A DNA stretch of 64,000 bases. It comes from Thermodesulfobacteriota bacterium (GTDB lineage: Bacteria > Desulfobacterota > Desulfobacteria > Desulfobacterales > C00003060). A program made the translations under genes and the position numbers. The notes beneath the pieces were generated by a model that saw nothing but the letters and a program-made list of their open reading frames with translations, searched no databases and had not been told where the DNA came from. The stretch lies in the NCBI GenBank assembly GCA_034189385.1, contig JAXHVD010000010.1, forward strand, positions 1 to 64,000, written 5' to 3'. Of the stretch, positions 38,103-47,885 are shown in pieces (within the stretch, counting starts at the first letter, position 1; every line of letters begins with the position of its first letter).

Positions 38103-41100
38103 ATGACAAGAGCCAAGGAATTTGATCTTCTAAATGCTCCCCTTGAGGGGACCAATCTGATTGAGGCCAGTGCAGGCACGGGAAAAACCTACGCCATTTC
38201 CGGTCTCTTTCTTAGACTGGTGCTGGAAAAGAATCTTTCCGTAAACGAGATACTGGTCGTCACCTTCACAGAGGCGGCCACAGAGGAGCTGAAAGACAGG
38301 ATCCGCACCAAGCTCAGGGAGGCGGCAGAAGCATTCGCAACAGGCCACGGCACAGACCCCTTTGTGGAGGCTCTGAGGACGAAGCACCCACATCGGCACA
38401 TGGCCTATGGACATCTTAGAGAGGCCCTCCGGGCCTTTGATCAAGCCTCCATCTACACCATACACAGTTTCTGCAGGAGGATGCTCTATGAGAATGCCTT
38501 TGAGAGCCGGTGCCTCTTTGATACGGAACTCGTGGCAGACCAGGAAGACCTTAAGAAAGAAGTGGTAGAGGATTTCTGGCGGAGGCATTTCTACGAAGCC
38601 TCCTCCCTTTTTGTCCATTATGCCATCTACCGAAAACTCAGCCCCAAGAGCCTCCTTTTACTCCTGGGCAATAAGATGGCGCAGCCGTATTTGAGGATCA
38701 TTCCTCAGCTCGAGCCTCCTGACTCGTCGCTCCAGCAAAAGGCCTTTCGAGAATCCTTTGAGAGGGTGTGCCAGGCATGGCAAAGGTGGAAGGCTGAAGT
38801 AGCGCAGATTCTAAGGGGCCACAAAGGGCTTAACAGGAATAAGTACAAGAAGACCCATGTTGCCATGCGGCTCCACAAGATGGAGGAGTACTTGGCCAGT
38901 GAAGGCAATGATCCAGTCTTGTTTCAGGGCTTTGAAAAATTCACGTCCAAAGAAATCCAGGGGGCAGCAAAAAAGAACAGTACCCCGCCATTCCATCCCT
39001 TCTTCGATCTCTGCCAAGACCTTATGGAAAAACAAGAAGCCTTGGAGATGGTCTTTGACCAGCGTCTCCTTTGGCTGAAGGCAGAACTGTTCCATTACGC
39101 CCACAGAGAGCTTTCAAGGAGAAAAGAGGAACAAAACGTTCAGTCATTTGATGATCTTTTGTTCAAACTCCACCGCGCCCTAGAGGAAAGGGGAGGGGAT
39201 GAACTGGCAAGGGCCTTGAGGAAAAAATTCAAGGCAGCCTTGATTGACGAATTTCAAGACACGGACCCCATCCAGTACGGCATTTTCAAGAAGGTTTTCC
39301 ATGCTGAAAAGAGCATCCTCTTTCTCATCGGCGATCCCAAACAGGCCATCTACGGCTTCCGGGGCGCTGACATCTTTGCCTACATGGCAGCAGCAGGAGA
39401 CGTGACGCGCCAATACACCCTTGTTGAGAACTGGCGGTCAGAAGCGGCTCTGGTAACTGCGGTAAATGCCGTCTTTTCCAGTGCTGATCAGCCCTTTTTG
39501 TATGACCGGATAGCATTTCAACCCACTTCGCCGGCAACAAGGCAAGAAACGGCGCCCCTTCAGTTGGACGACAAAGGGCAAGGGGCTTTTCAGTTCTGGT
39601 TCTTGACTGCCGATGACGAGACAGGCCCTCCAACACCTATAAGCAAGACACTGGCACGGACAGGCATTTCAAGGGCCGTGGCAGCAGAGATCTCGCGACT
39701 CTTGAGGCTTGGAAGAGATAAGAAGGCCCTCTTGGGAAAGAGACCCCTTGAGGAAGGTGACATGGCCGTCCTAGTCAGGAGGAATGCCGATGCGCTCCTC
39801 ATGCAGGAGGCCCTCTCTGCCCTGCACATCCCCAGCGTGTTGTGCACGACAGGGGACCTCTTTGGTTCCCATGAAGCCATGGAGATGGAGAGGCTTCTCT
39901 CAGCCATTGTGGAACCGAACAGCGACAGACGTCTCAGGGCCGCCCTGGCCACAGATATGATGGGTGTTGGAGGAGAGGGTTTGGAGGGTCTCATGGCCGA
40001 TGAGACGCGATGGGAGACGTGGGTCGTCAAATTTCATAGATATCATGACCTGTGGAATGAACAGGGTTTTATCCAGATGTTTCGACGTCTCCTCATGGAC
40101 GAGGAAGTCCTTGCCCGCCTCATGTCCTTTGACGACGGAGAACGTCGAAATACAAACTTGCTCCATCTTTCAGAGGTCCTACATGAGGCATCTGTGGGGA
40201 AAAAGCTAAGCAGTGCAGGGCTCTTAAAATGGCTCTCCGATCAAAGGGGTGAAGATACGGGGCCCACGGAAGAACACCAGCTGCGCCTGGAAACGGATGA
40301 AAAGGCCGTAAGACTTGTCACCATCCACAAGAGCAAAGGCCTTGAGTACCCCGTGGTCTTTTGCCCCTTTTTGTGGGACGGTTCCAGGGTTGGCCGATCC
40401 AAACAGCCCTTCACGTTCCACGACGAGGGCAACAACATGAAGCTCACCCTGGATCTTGGCTCTTCCGAGATGGATGGGCACCTTATCCTTGCGGAGAAGG
40501 AACAATTAGCTGAAAACCTAAGACTTTTCTATGTGGCCCTCACCAGGGCCAAGAACCGATGTTACGTCGTTTGGGGCCGTGTCAGGGACGCTGAGACCTC
40601 AGCCCCGGCGTATCTCCTTCACCAGCCAAGGCCATGCCCCAGGGAGAATCGAGTCAAGGCCATTGAGGAAAGGTTCAACGGCCTGAGCAATGCCTCTCTC
40701 CTTGCAGAGTTGGAGGCTCTTCAAACGAAGGCCCATGGGGCCATCAGCTTGCGTCCCATGCCTCTTGGGCAAGGAAAGGCCTTCTCTCCAAGGCCTTTTG
40801 GGGAGACAGTAGAACTGACGTGCCGCAGATTCTCGGGAACGATAGATCGCTCCTGGCAGATTTCAAGTTTTTCGTCTCTGGTCTCCGGGCATTCTAAGAG
40901 GGCAGACTGGGCAGACCGCGATCCATCGATTCCGGTCCATGGCCATGACCAGACGGCGATTGAGGCCCCTTCCCTCCAGGAGGAACCTTCAGGTATCTTT
41001 GCCTTCCCCAAGGGGACAAAAGCTGGAACCTGTATGCACCATATATTGGAGCACCTGGATTTTACCCAAGAAGACCCTGCTGAGATGAAGAGCTTGGTCA

Positions 41101-41735
41101 CAGACCACCTCAAAGAATTCGGCTTTGAGCCCACATGGTGCGAAACCCTTTGTACCATGCTTAAAAAGGTGCTTTCCACTCCCCTTGATCCTCTTCGAAA
41201 AAATTTTAAGCTCTCGCGCATTGGCAACAAAGAGCGGCTCAACGAGTTAGAGTTCTACTTCCCGTTACAGTCCATCTCGCCCCAGAAGCTAAGGAGTATC
41301 TTTCAGAAACACGGCCCCCCCGGGCTTCGAGAGGATTTCCCCGAGCATTTAGAGCAATTGCATTTTGCGCCTGTCACGGGGTTCATGAAGGGATTCATGG
41401 ATATGGTCTTTCAATTCCAGGACCGTTTCTTTCTTGTGGACTGGAAGTCCAATCTCCTGGGAACCAAGGTGCAAGACTACGACCAAGAGGCATTGGCTGC
41501 GGTGATGGAAGAGCAATTTTACATCCTTCAGTATCATCTCTATGCCCTTGCCCTGCATCAGTATTTGCGTCTCAGACTAGCCAATTACCGCTATGAAACA
41601 CATTTCGGCGGGGTCTATTACCTATTCCTGAGAGGTATTGACCCTGAAATGGGACCAGACTACGGCATCTACAGGGACAGGCCACGTGAAAAATTGATGG
41701 AGGCCTTGTGTTTAGACCTCCTCAAAACCCCTTGA
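38103..41735 (+). CDS. recB: Exodeoxyribonuclease V beta subunit
   Basis: EASAGTGKT, DEFQDTD, GDPKQAIY, TIHKSKGLE and YVALTRA helicase motifs. Nuclease domain GFMD...DWKSN...QYHLY. Confidence 0.97.
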   Translation: MTRAKEFDLLNAPLEGTNLIEASAGTGKTYAISGLFLRLVLEKNLSVNEILVVTFTEAATEELKDRIRTKLREAAEAFATGHGTDPFVEALRTKHPHRHMAYGHLREALRAFDQASIYTIHSFCRRMLYENAFESRCLFDTELVADQEDLKKEVVEDFWRRHFYEASSLFVHYAIYRKLSPKSLLLLLGNKMAQPYLRIIPQLEPPDSSLQQKAFRESFERVCQAWQRWKAEVAQILRGHKGLNRNKYKKTHVAMRLHKMEEYLASEGNDPVLFQGFEKFTSKEIQGAAKKNSTPPFHPFFDLCQDLMEKQEALEMVFDQRLLWLKAELFHYAHRELSRRKEEQNVQSFDDLLFKLHRALEERGGDELARALRKKFKAALIDEFQDTDPIQYGIFKKVFHAEKSILFLIGDPKQAIYGFRGADIFAYMAAAGDVTRQYTLVENWRSEAALVTAVNAVFSSADQPFLYDRIAFQPTSPATRQETAPLQLDDKGQGAFQFWFLTADDETGPPTPISKTLARTGISRAVAAEISRLLRLGRDKKALLGKRPLEEGDMAVLVRRNADALLMQEALSALHIPSVLCTTGDLFGSHEAMEMERLLSAIVEPNSDRRLRAALATDMMGVGGEGLEGLMADETRWETWVVKFHRYHDLWNEQGFIQMFRRLLMDEEVLARLMSFDDGERRNTNLLHLSEVLHEASVGKKLSSAGLLKWLSDQRGEDTGPTEEHQLRLETDEKAVRLVTIHKSKGLEYPVVFCPFLWDGSRVGRSKQPFTFHDEGNNMKLTLDLGSSEMDGHLILAEKEQLAENLRLFYVALTRAKNRCYVVWGRVRDAETSAPAYLLHQPRPCPRENRVKAIEERFNGLSNASLLAELEALQTKAHGAISLRPMPLGQGKAFSPRPFGETVELTCRRFSGTIDRSWQISSFSSLVSGHSKRADWADRDPSIPVHGHDQTAIEAPSLQEEPSGIFAFPKGTKAGTCMHHILEHLDFTQEDPAEMKSLVTDHLKEFGFEPTWCETLCTMLKKVLSTPLDPLRKNFKLSRIGNKERLNELEFYFPLQSISPQKLRSIFQKHGPPGLREDFPEHLEQLHFAPVTGFMKGFMDMVFQFQDRFFLVDWKSNLLGTKVQDYDQEALAAVMEEQFYILQYHLYALALHQYLRLRLANYRYETHFGGVYYLFLRGIDPEMGPDYGIYRDRPREKLMEALCLDLLKTP

Positions 41736-41760
41736 CGACTCCAGAGGATATAGATATGTT
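41732..41760 (+). promoter_or_regulatory. Sigma70-like promoter overlapping the recB stop codon
   Basis: TTGACG-17-TATGTT. Confidence 0.45.
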
Positions 41761-41915
41761 TTCACGACAATAGCCCTGTTCTGCACCCTTCGGACGCTCA
41801 GACTTACTGCCGTGGGGTCACTTTCCTCAACCTCTTTCTCTGTCAGGAGGGGGCGGGCCCTCTGGTTCGGTGTTCCTGTTGGATTTCCTAAGAACGGAAA
41901 AAGGGAGGAAGAGTC

Positions 41916-42212
41916 ATGCTGCGGAAAAACTATTCAAAATCACGTCGGTCGTGCAGGGTCACCTTTGACCTCCCCTCAGAAGTCAATGCAACCAAAGCCT
42001 CTCTGTGTGGTGATTTCAATCATTGGAGTCCGGCCTCACACCCCATGAGTCATCGAAAAGACGGCAGGTTCAGCACCACCATCTCCCTGGAAGCGGGCCA
42101 GACCTACAGGTTCAGGTATCTGCTGGACGGTGAGCGTTGGGAAAACGACTGGGCTGCCGACGGCTATGAGCCCAACACCTTTGGGTCTGAGAATTCGGTC
42201 ATCAAGCTCTAG
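41916..42212 (+). CDS. Isoamylase early-set / CBM48-like domain protein
   Basis: VTF, GDFNHW, YRFRYLLDG..W.ND and NSV motifs. Confidence 0.9.
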   Translation: MLRKNYSKSRRSCRVTFDLPSEVNATKASLCGDFNHWSPASHPMSHRKDGRFSTTISLEAGQTYRFRYLLDGERWENDWAADGYEPNTFGSENSVIKL

Positions 42213-42322
42213 CCCTGGTCCAGAGCCAAGGCTGAGGGTGAGACGTTGGCCTCTTGGGAGAGCAAAGGGGTGCCAGGGCTCCCTGTCTTCTTGAAAACCA
42301 GGAGACAAAGAAACAACGAGTC

Positions 42323-42484
42323 ATGGGCGGTAGGTTTGGCAAATACGGAGATGCAAAACGGAAGGCCTTGATCCGCAAGAATCGCCTCAGGCCTTCGGCC
42401 CCCTGCCAGAAGGTGAAAGGCAACCCTGTGAAGGGGCCCCGCAACAGGAAGGATCCCTCGGGAATCAAGGGCAAACCCTCCTGA
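42323..42484 (+). CDS. Small highly basic hypothetical protein
   Basis: 53 aa, MGGRFGKYGDAKRKALIRKNR..., K/R-rich. The RBS is weak. Confidence 0.4.
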   Translation: MGGRFGKYGDAKRKALIRKNRLRPSAPCQKVKGNPVKGPRNRKDPSGIKGKPS

Positions 42485-42548
42485 GTCCCTCCGGTCTTCT
42501 CCCCGCTCTTTGTCCACTCATGGACCTGTTTACTCAAGGCCCGCATGC

Positions 42549-42654
42549 TTACCAACTGCTTGAAACGACTGTTAAAAATGTCGTAAGGTTTCCAGAAAAG
42601 AGCTGGGCTCTGGTTTGGACCTTTTGATACAATGGGAGCCTCGGGAGGGGGAAA
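42549..42654 (+). repeat. Dispersed ~105-bp non-coding element
   Basis: Collinear with 9431-9537 and contains TGATACAAT (extended -10-like). Confidence 0.75.
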
Positions 42655-42763
42655 TCCCCTTCTCTTCGGCCTCCAATGCCTTTAGCAGCTGTGGCGAGAT
42701 GGTGGGTGGCAGAGGGGGGCGAAACTTGAGATCTTTGTCTTCAGGTGAAAGGAGATAAACGGC

Positions 42764-44164
42764 ATGCACGTAGCGTTGGTTAACACGAACAGGATACGGC
42801 CCCCCATCGCACCCATTGGCATTGACTATGTGGCTGAGGCCCTCAGCAGCGCAGGGCATCAGGTGAAGATCCTGGATCTTTGCTGGGCCGAGGACGGGGA
42901 GTCTGCCATGAGGGACTTCTTTGGTCGGACAAGTGTTGACCTCGTTGGAGTCACCCTGCGCAATACAGATGATTGTGCCTTTGCGAGCCGGGAGTCTTTC
43001 CTTGAACCGTTTTCCAGCATCGTAAAGGCCATTGGCGACTTCACGGACGCCCCGGTGGTGGTGGGCGGCGTGGGCTTTTCGGTAATGCCGGAGCAGGTCC
43101 TGAAACGCTGTGGGGCCTATCTGGGCCTCTGGGGTGAGGGCGAGTTCGGCCTTGTACAGCTAGCAGAGAATATGGAGGGCAAACGGCTGCGGAAAGATGT
43201 GGCCAACTTGATCTGGCGCCACAAAGATACCTGGCGCCACAATCACCTTTCAAGACCTCCCCTTGAAGCCCTTCCCCCCATGAGCCGAATCTGGGTGGAC
43301 AACCGCCGCTATTTCCGTGAAGGGGGGCAAGCAGGCATCGAGACCAAGCGGGGCTGCCCAGGCGATTGCATTTACTGCGCTGATCCTCTGGCCAAAGGAA
43401 AGAGGACACGGACAAGACCTCCCATGGCGGTGGTGGATGAGGTGGAAAGGCTGCTGGACCAAGGGATCGATCATGTGCACACCTGCGATAGCGAGTTCAA
43501 TCTGCCTAAAGAGCATGCCTCCGCCGTATGCGAGGAGATGATCCGCCGTCGCCTTGGTGAGAGATGTCGCTGGTATGCCTACTGCACGCCCCTTGGCTTC
43601 TCTGCAAAGCTTGCAGACCTCATGGCCCGGGCTGGGTGCGCGGGGATCAACTTTGGGGTGGACAGCGGTGACGAGCATATGTTGAGACGACTGAGGCGGG
43701 GGTATCCACCGGAGGCCATCTTGAATGCCGCCCGCGCATGCCAAGGGGCTGGGATAGTGGTCATGTTCGACCTTCTCCTCGGCGCACCTGGTGAGACACG
43801 CGACAGTCTTGTTACCACCATTGAGCTCATGAACAAGGCCGCGCCAGAGAGGGTAGGCGTGGCCATTGGTGTGCGGGTCTATCCTGGAACCCAGCTTGCA
43901 GAACTGGTGATGAGAGAGGGCCTAAAGGAGGGCCTCGTGGGCAAGGGTGACGGAACGGAACCGCTTTTCTTTATGGAGCCCAAGATTGCTCCCGTTGTTT
44001 CTGAACTCCTGGACAGACTCATTGGGGAGGATGAACGGTTTTTCTACATGGACCCCTTGAGGCCGGACAGAAACTACAATTACAGCGCCAACCAACGGCT
44101 GCAGGATGCGATCAAAGAGGGATACAGGGGCGCCTATTGGGACATTCTCAGAAGGTGTGGATGA
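42764..44164 (+). CDS. Cobalamin-dependent (class B) radical SAM enzyme, TsrM/CloN6-like
   Basis: N-terminal B12-binding region (LRNTDD, VVGGVG), RGCPGDCIYC, DSEFN and NYNY. AAAGGAG RBS. Confidence 0.88.
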   Translation: MHVALVNTNRIRPPIAPIGIDYVAEALSSAGHQVKILDLCWAEDGESAMRDFFGRTSVDLVGVTLRNTDDCAFASRESFLEPFSSIVKAIGDFTDAPVVVGGVGFSVMPEQVLKRCGAYLGLWGEGEFGLVQLAENMEGKRLRKDVANLIWRHKDTWRHNHLSRPPLEALPPMSRIWVDNRRYFREGGQAGIETKRGCPGDCIYCADPLAKGKRTRTRPPMAVVDEVERLLDQGIDHVHTCDSEFNLPKEHASAVCEEMIRRRLGERCRWYAYCTPLGFSAKLADLMARAGCAGINFGVDSGDEHMLRRLRRGYPPEAILNAARACQGAGIVVMFDLLLGAPGETRDSLVTTIELMNKAAPERVGVAIGVRVYPGTQLAELVMREGLKEGLVGKGDGTEPLFFMEPKIAPVVSELLDRLIGEDERFFYMDPLRPDRNYNYSANQRLQDAIKEGYRGAYWDILRRCG

Positions 44165-44179
44165 TTCCGGACCTGTCTC

Positions 44180-45928
44180 TTACCTCCCATTCTTGCCTTC
44201 CACCACATCCACGAAGGGGCGTCTGGGGCGGCGATGAAATGCCCCGCTTTTCAGGCGCCTGAAGTAATCGTCCAGATCCCGTACAGCCAGATGTCCCATG
44301 GCCAGCACGATAAACATGTTGGCCCATAACATCCAGCCCGTGCCAAAATCAGCCAGGGCACCAAGTTCCGTGTTATTCTTCACCAGGAAAGCCCCTACAA
44401 CGGCTAGCAGTAGGAACAGGAGCTTGTAAGGAAGGACCGATTTCTTGCCGAACATGTATATCATGCTTTGCTCGCCATAGTAGCTCCACGAGATCATGGT
44501 GGAGACGGCAAAGAGCCATGCGGCCAGCGTCACCAGCCACTTGCCCAGGCCGGGGAAGGCACGGTCAAAGGCATGACCCGTGAGGGTGGCCCCGGCGAAG
44601 TTGCGAAAGATCCCCTTGACAGGTCGGCCCTCTTTGTCAAGGATCCACTGGAAGCCGGCTGGCACTTCCTCCCATCTTATGGTTTGGGCTCTTCCCAGGG
44701 TATCTCCCTCGAGGGTACCGTACACTCTGACATGGGCCCAATTCCCCTCTTGAGCGACAGGTTTTCTGAGCACAAAGAATACCTGCGTGTTGATCTTCCA
44801 GGTCTCTCCCAAGGGGAGTTCTGGCAAGGCACTCACCTGGTCAGGAGCAATGAGTTCCACCTTGCCTTCCTTTTCCACAAGCCTCACGTCACCCTTCATC
44901 TCACCAAAGGGTCCGCGATTCCAGGTGTGGGTGGACAGGATGACCAGAGCCGTAAGGCTACATATGCAAAGGGTATCAATGAAGGGGCCCATGCCGCCCA
45001 CGATTCCCTCGCGGGCCGATTCATTTGTCTTGGCAGCAGCATGGGCTATGGGTGCAGACCCCAGGCCAGCTTCGTTTGAGAACAGGGCCCGCTTCATGCC
45101 CTGGGCAAAGACGAACCCGAATGTCCCGCCCATAAAAGCACCAGCAGCCTCTGTCTTGCCAAAGGCGCATTTAAAGATCAGGGCCAACATGGACGGGATC
45201 TCCTGCACGTTTACGGCCAAAACAGCCAGGGAAGAGAGCAGATATAGGATGCACATGACTGGGACCAGCCGGGCAGCCACATGGCCAATCCGTTTAATCC
45301 CGCCGACAATGACCAGTCCCACTAGAATGGATAGGACAATGCCTGTTGCTATCTTGGGCGCCCCAAAGTAGTTGAGCGTCAGGTCGGCCACATTCCAGGT
45401 CTGGAACATGTTGCCCCCTGCCATGGTCATGATCAGTGCGGTGATACAGAAAACAGAGCCAATGGTTTTTGCCGCCACCCGGGAGACCCCCCCTTTAGCT
45501 CCCAGGGTCCTGTCAATCACCCACATGGCCCCGCCGTGGGGATCTTCCGGGTCATCCGTATTGCGATACAGCATGGCCAGCGTGATCTCCACGGTCTTGA
45601 GCGCCATTCCCAGAAGCCCCACCACCCACATCCAGAACAGGGCTCCAGGCCCACCCAGGGCGATGGCCACGGCAACCCCGCCGATGTTGCCCAGACCGAT
45701 AGTGGCAGACAACGCAGCAGAGAGGGCCTGGAAATGGTTGATGGCCCCAGGATCATCGGGATTGTCATAGAGACCACGGGTGACGTCCACGCCATGGGAG
45801 AGGACCTTGAACTGGGAAAAGCGGGTCCAAATGGTGAAAAGTGTGCCTGCCCCGAGGAGAACGTAGAGGGTCCAGGGGCCCCAGAGAAAGCCGTTGATGT
45901 GACAGATCGTCTCGATGAACTGTTCCAT
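44180..45928 (-). CDS. Alanine/glycine:cation symporter (AGCS, AlsT-like)
   Basis: IGLGNIGGVA, GGPGALFWMW, FSNEAGLGSAP, FIDT and WSYYGE motifs. Confidence 0.93.
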   Translation of the reverse strand: MEQFIETICHINGFLWGPWTLYVLLGAGTLFTIWTRFSQFKVLSHGVDVTRGLYDNPDDPGAINHFQALSAALSATIGLGNIGGVAVAIALGGPGALFWMWVVGLLGMALKTVEITLAMLYRNTDDPEDPHGGAMWVIDRTLGAKGGVSRVAAKTIGSVFCITALIMTMAGGNMFQTWNVADLTLNYFGAPKIATGIVLSILVGLVIVGGIKRIGHVAARLVPVMCILYLLSSLAVLAVNVQEIPSMLALIFKCAFGKTEAAGAFMGGTFGFVFAQGMKRALFSNEAGLGSAPIAHAAAKTNESAREGIVGGMGPFIDTLCICSLTALVILSTHTWNRGPFGEMKGDVRLVEKEGKVELIAPDQVSALPELPLGETWKINTQVFFVLRKPVAQEGNWAHVRVYGTLEGDTLGRAQTIRWEEVPAGFQWILDKEGRPVKGIFRNFAGATLTGHAFDRAFPGLGKWLVTLAAWLFAVSTMISWSYYGEQSMIYMFGKKSVLPYKLLFLLLAVVGAFLVKNNTELGALADFGTGWMLWANMFIVLAMGHLAVRDLDDYFRRLKSGAFHRRPRRPFVDVVEGKNGR

Positions 45929-46122
45929 GGCAGGAAGACTCCTTCCAATCCCTGTGAAAGGGATTCTGGCCGAAAGAGAAGCCCATGGGCACGGACTGTT
46001 GGATGAAAGGACTAACCGGTATCGAGCCCATGAGGCTGATCCAGTAAAAGGCGACCACCCTTGGTGTGCCTCATGTCGAGGCTCCTACTATCCCTCCCAA
46101 GACGCGCCCTCCTGAGTTCTTC

Positions 46123-47019
46123 TCAGGACTGCTCCGTGCACCATGACTCCACATCGTATCCGGTCAATTGTCTGAAACGATTCACGTCATCTTCAAGAAA
46201 GTCTATCAACCTTTGCCTCAGCGTCTCGTCCAACTGAGGTCGTTCTACCTTGTGTGAAAATGACAGGTAAAGCAGGTGGCCCAAGTTCTGTCCCGTCGTG
46301 TGGGGGAGTCGTTCCAGGATATCCTCAGACAAAGAGTCTAACCATGCCGTCCCGTGACGTCTTCGTCTCTTGCCCCTGGATGGGTGTTTGATAAGAGAAA
46401 ACTCCTCACAGTAAAAGGAATCATCGACCTCCAGAAATCGGAAGACACTCTTTAACGTCTCTTCTCGTTGTCTGTACAAATCTTCTTGCGTAATAATCAA
46501 CACATGGGCCTCTGGAAAAGACCTCAAGTACGGCTCCACTTGCATGGCGTAACGGCTCCGACAGACATAGGGGTTGTCGCCCAAATCGGCCAAAGCCTCA
46601 GACAGCGGCCTCTGTTCTCGGCCTACGGCATACTGGTGAACATAATGGGAGAGGATGCGCTCGATGGGGTCCCTGACAATATAGATCACCTTGGCTTCCG
46701 GGACCAACGTGTGTATGCGTTCCGCAACGCCCTGTGAGAAGGGGTAGTTCGCGTAGTTGGGTGAGGACTCCCCATAGATCTTTGCGTCCCCTACAAAGTG
46801 TGACCTGTACCACTCGATGCCTTTGTGCCAGTTGCCTTGGCGGAGAAAGAAATTGAGCTCCTTTTCCTGTGACATGAAGATCTCTGGATGGAGTCCCAGA
46901 TAGTAGTGGAGACTCGTTGTTGCACACTTCATGGCCCCAATCACGATGAGATTGGGTAGATGGTAACATTCCTTTTGGTCCGATACAGGGATGCCGGCTC
47001 CCTCCAATACAGCTGTCAT
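46123..47019 (-). CDS. PAPS-dependent sulfotransferase
   Basis: 5'-PSB loop IGAMKCATTSL, KE..FF, GESSP.Y and 3'-PB motif RDPIERILSHY. The start codon is uncertain. Confidence 0.9.
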   Translation of the reverse strand: MTAVLEGAGIPVSDQKECYHLPNLIVIGAMKCATTSLHYYLGLHPEIFMSQEKELNFFLRQGNWHKGIEWYRSHFVGDAKIYGESSPNYANYPFSQGVAERIHTLVPEAKVIYIVRDPIERILSHYVHQYAVGREQRPLSEALADLGDNPYVCRSRYAMQVEPYLRSFPEAHVLIITQEDLYRQREETLKSVFRFLEVDDSFYCEEFSLIKHPSRGKRRRRHGTAWLDSLSEDILERLPHTTGQNLGHLLYLSFSHKVERPQLDETLRQRLIDFLEDDVNRFRQLTGYDVESWCTEQS

Positions 47020-47483
47020 GTGTCTCTCGTAACGGCCCTTTCCGTTTTTCTCCACAAAAGGTCCTTGTCTTTCTCCTCCGGACAGGTCTTTGTCAACTAT
47101 TCTTGCCCAATGGGCCCGATCAACCCTCTTATCAGCATGTCGATTCAGCCATCTACTTGATATGGCAATGTTTGTCAAGATTCTGGTGTCGGAGGGACGG
47201 AGATTTCATAGATCCACCAGGAGCGGGGCCTCCGGCTGCAGCCATCTGCCATCCTCTGCCGTGGCCCACCAGGGGGCTCCCTCATCCCTCATGGTGCCAG
47301 GGCGCCCACTATATGGTGGTCACTTTCACAACGTCCACAACCTGCTGTGGTTTTTTCTTGACAACCCCTGTAACTCCTGATATGGGACAATACATATTTT
47401 TTTCGAAAGCGGAGTCTCAAATCGGATGACAGGCCGATGCATGGGGTCAACGGCACTCACCATGTCCGCAGAAGGTGATCTTT

Positions 47484-47873
47484 ATGAGGGAAGTTGTTGA
47501 GCAAAGACGCCATGCGCGATTTCGGGTCCCCCTGCTCAGCGCCTATGTCATGCTCCCACGTCCCGGGTCCCACTCTCCCATCGTGGGCAGCATTGTCGAC
47601 ATAGGAATGGGGGGCGTCTCATTTTGCTACATTGCCGGGGATGAACGACCTGACGCATCGTCTCACCTGCACATCTTACTGCCGGACAGAAGCTTCCACC
47701 TGGACAGTATGCCTGTCAGAACGGTTTCTTCGGATTTCCAACTGGAAGATCAAACACCTGTGAATGTGGCAGCCAGGCGATGTGGTGTGACATTTGGGGA
47801 GATGACAGATGACCAAAAACTGGATCTTACCTACTTCATCCAAACCCTTACGGCAGCAGACCCTGAAGCGTAG
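47484..47873 (+). CDS. PilZ domain protein
   Basis: QRRHAR (RxxxR), DIGMGG (D/NxSxxG-like) and GVTF motifs. Confidence 0.85.
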   Translation: MREVVEQRRHARFRVPLLSAYVMLPRPGSHSPIVGSIVDIGMGGVSFCYIAGDERPDASSHLHILLPDRSFHLDSMPVRTVSSDFQLEDQTPVNVAARRCGVTFGEMTDDQKLDLTYFIQTLTAADPEA

Positions 47874-47885
47874 TCCGCACAAGAG

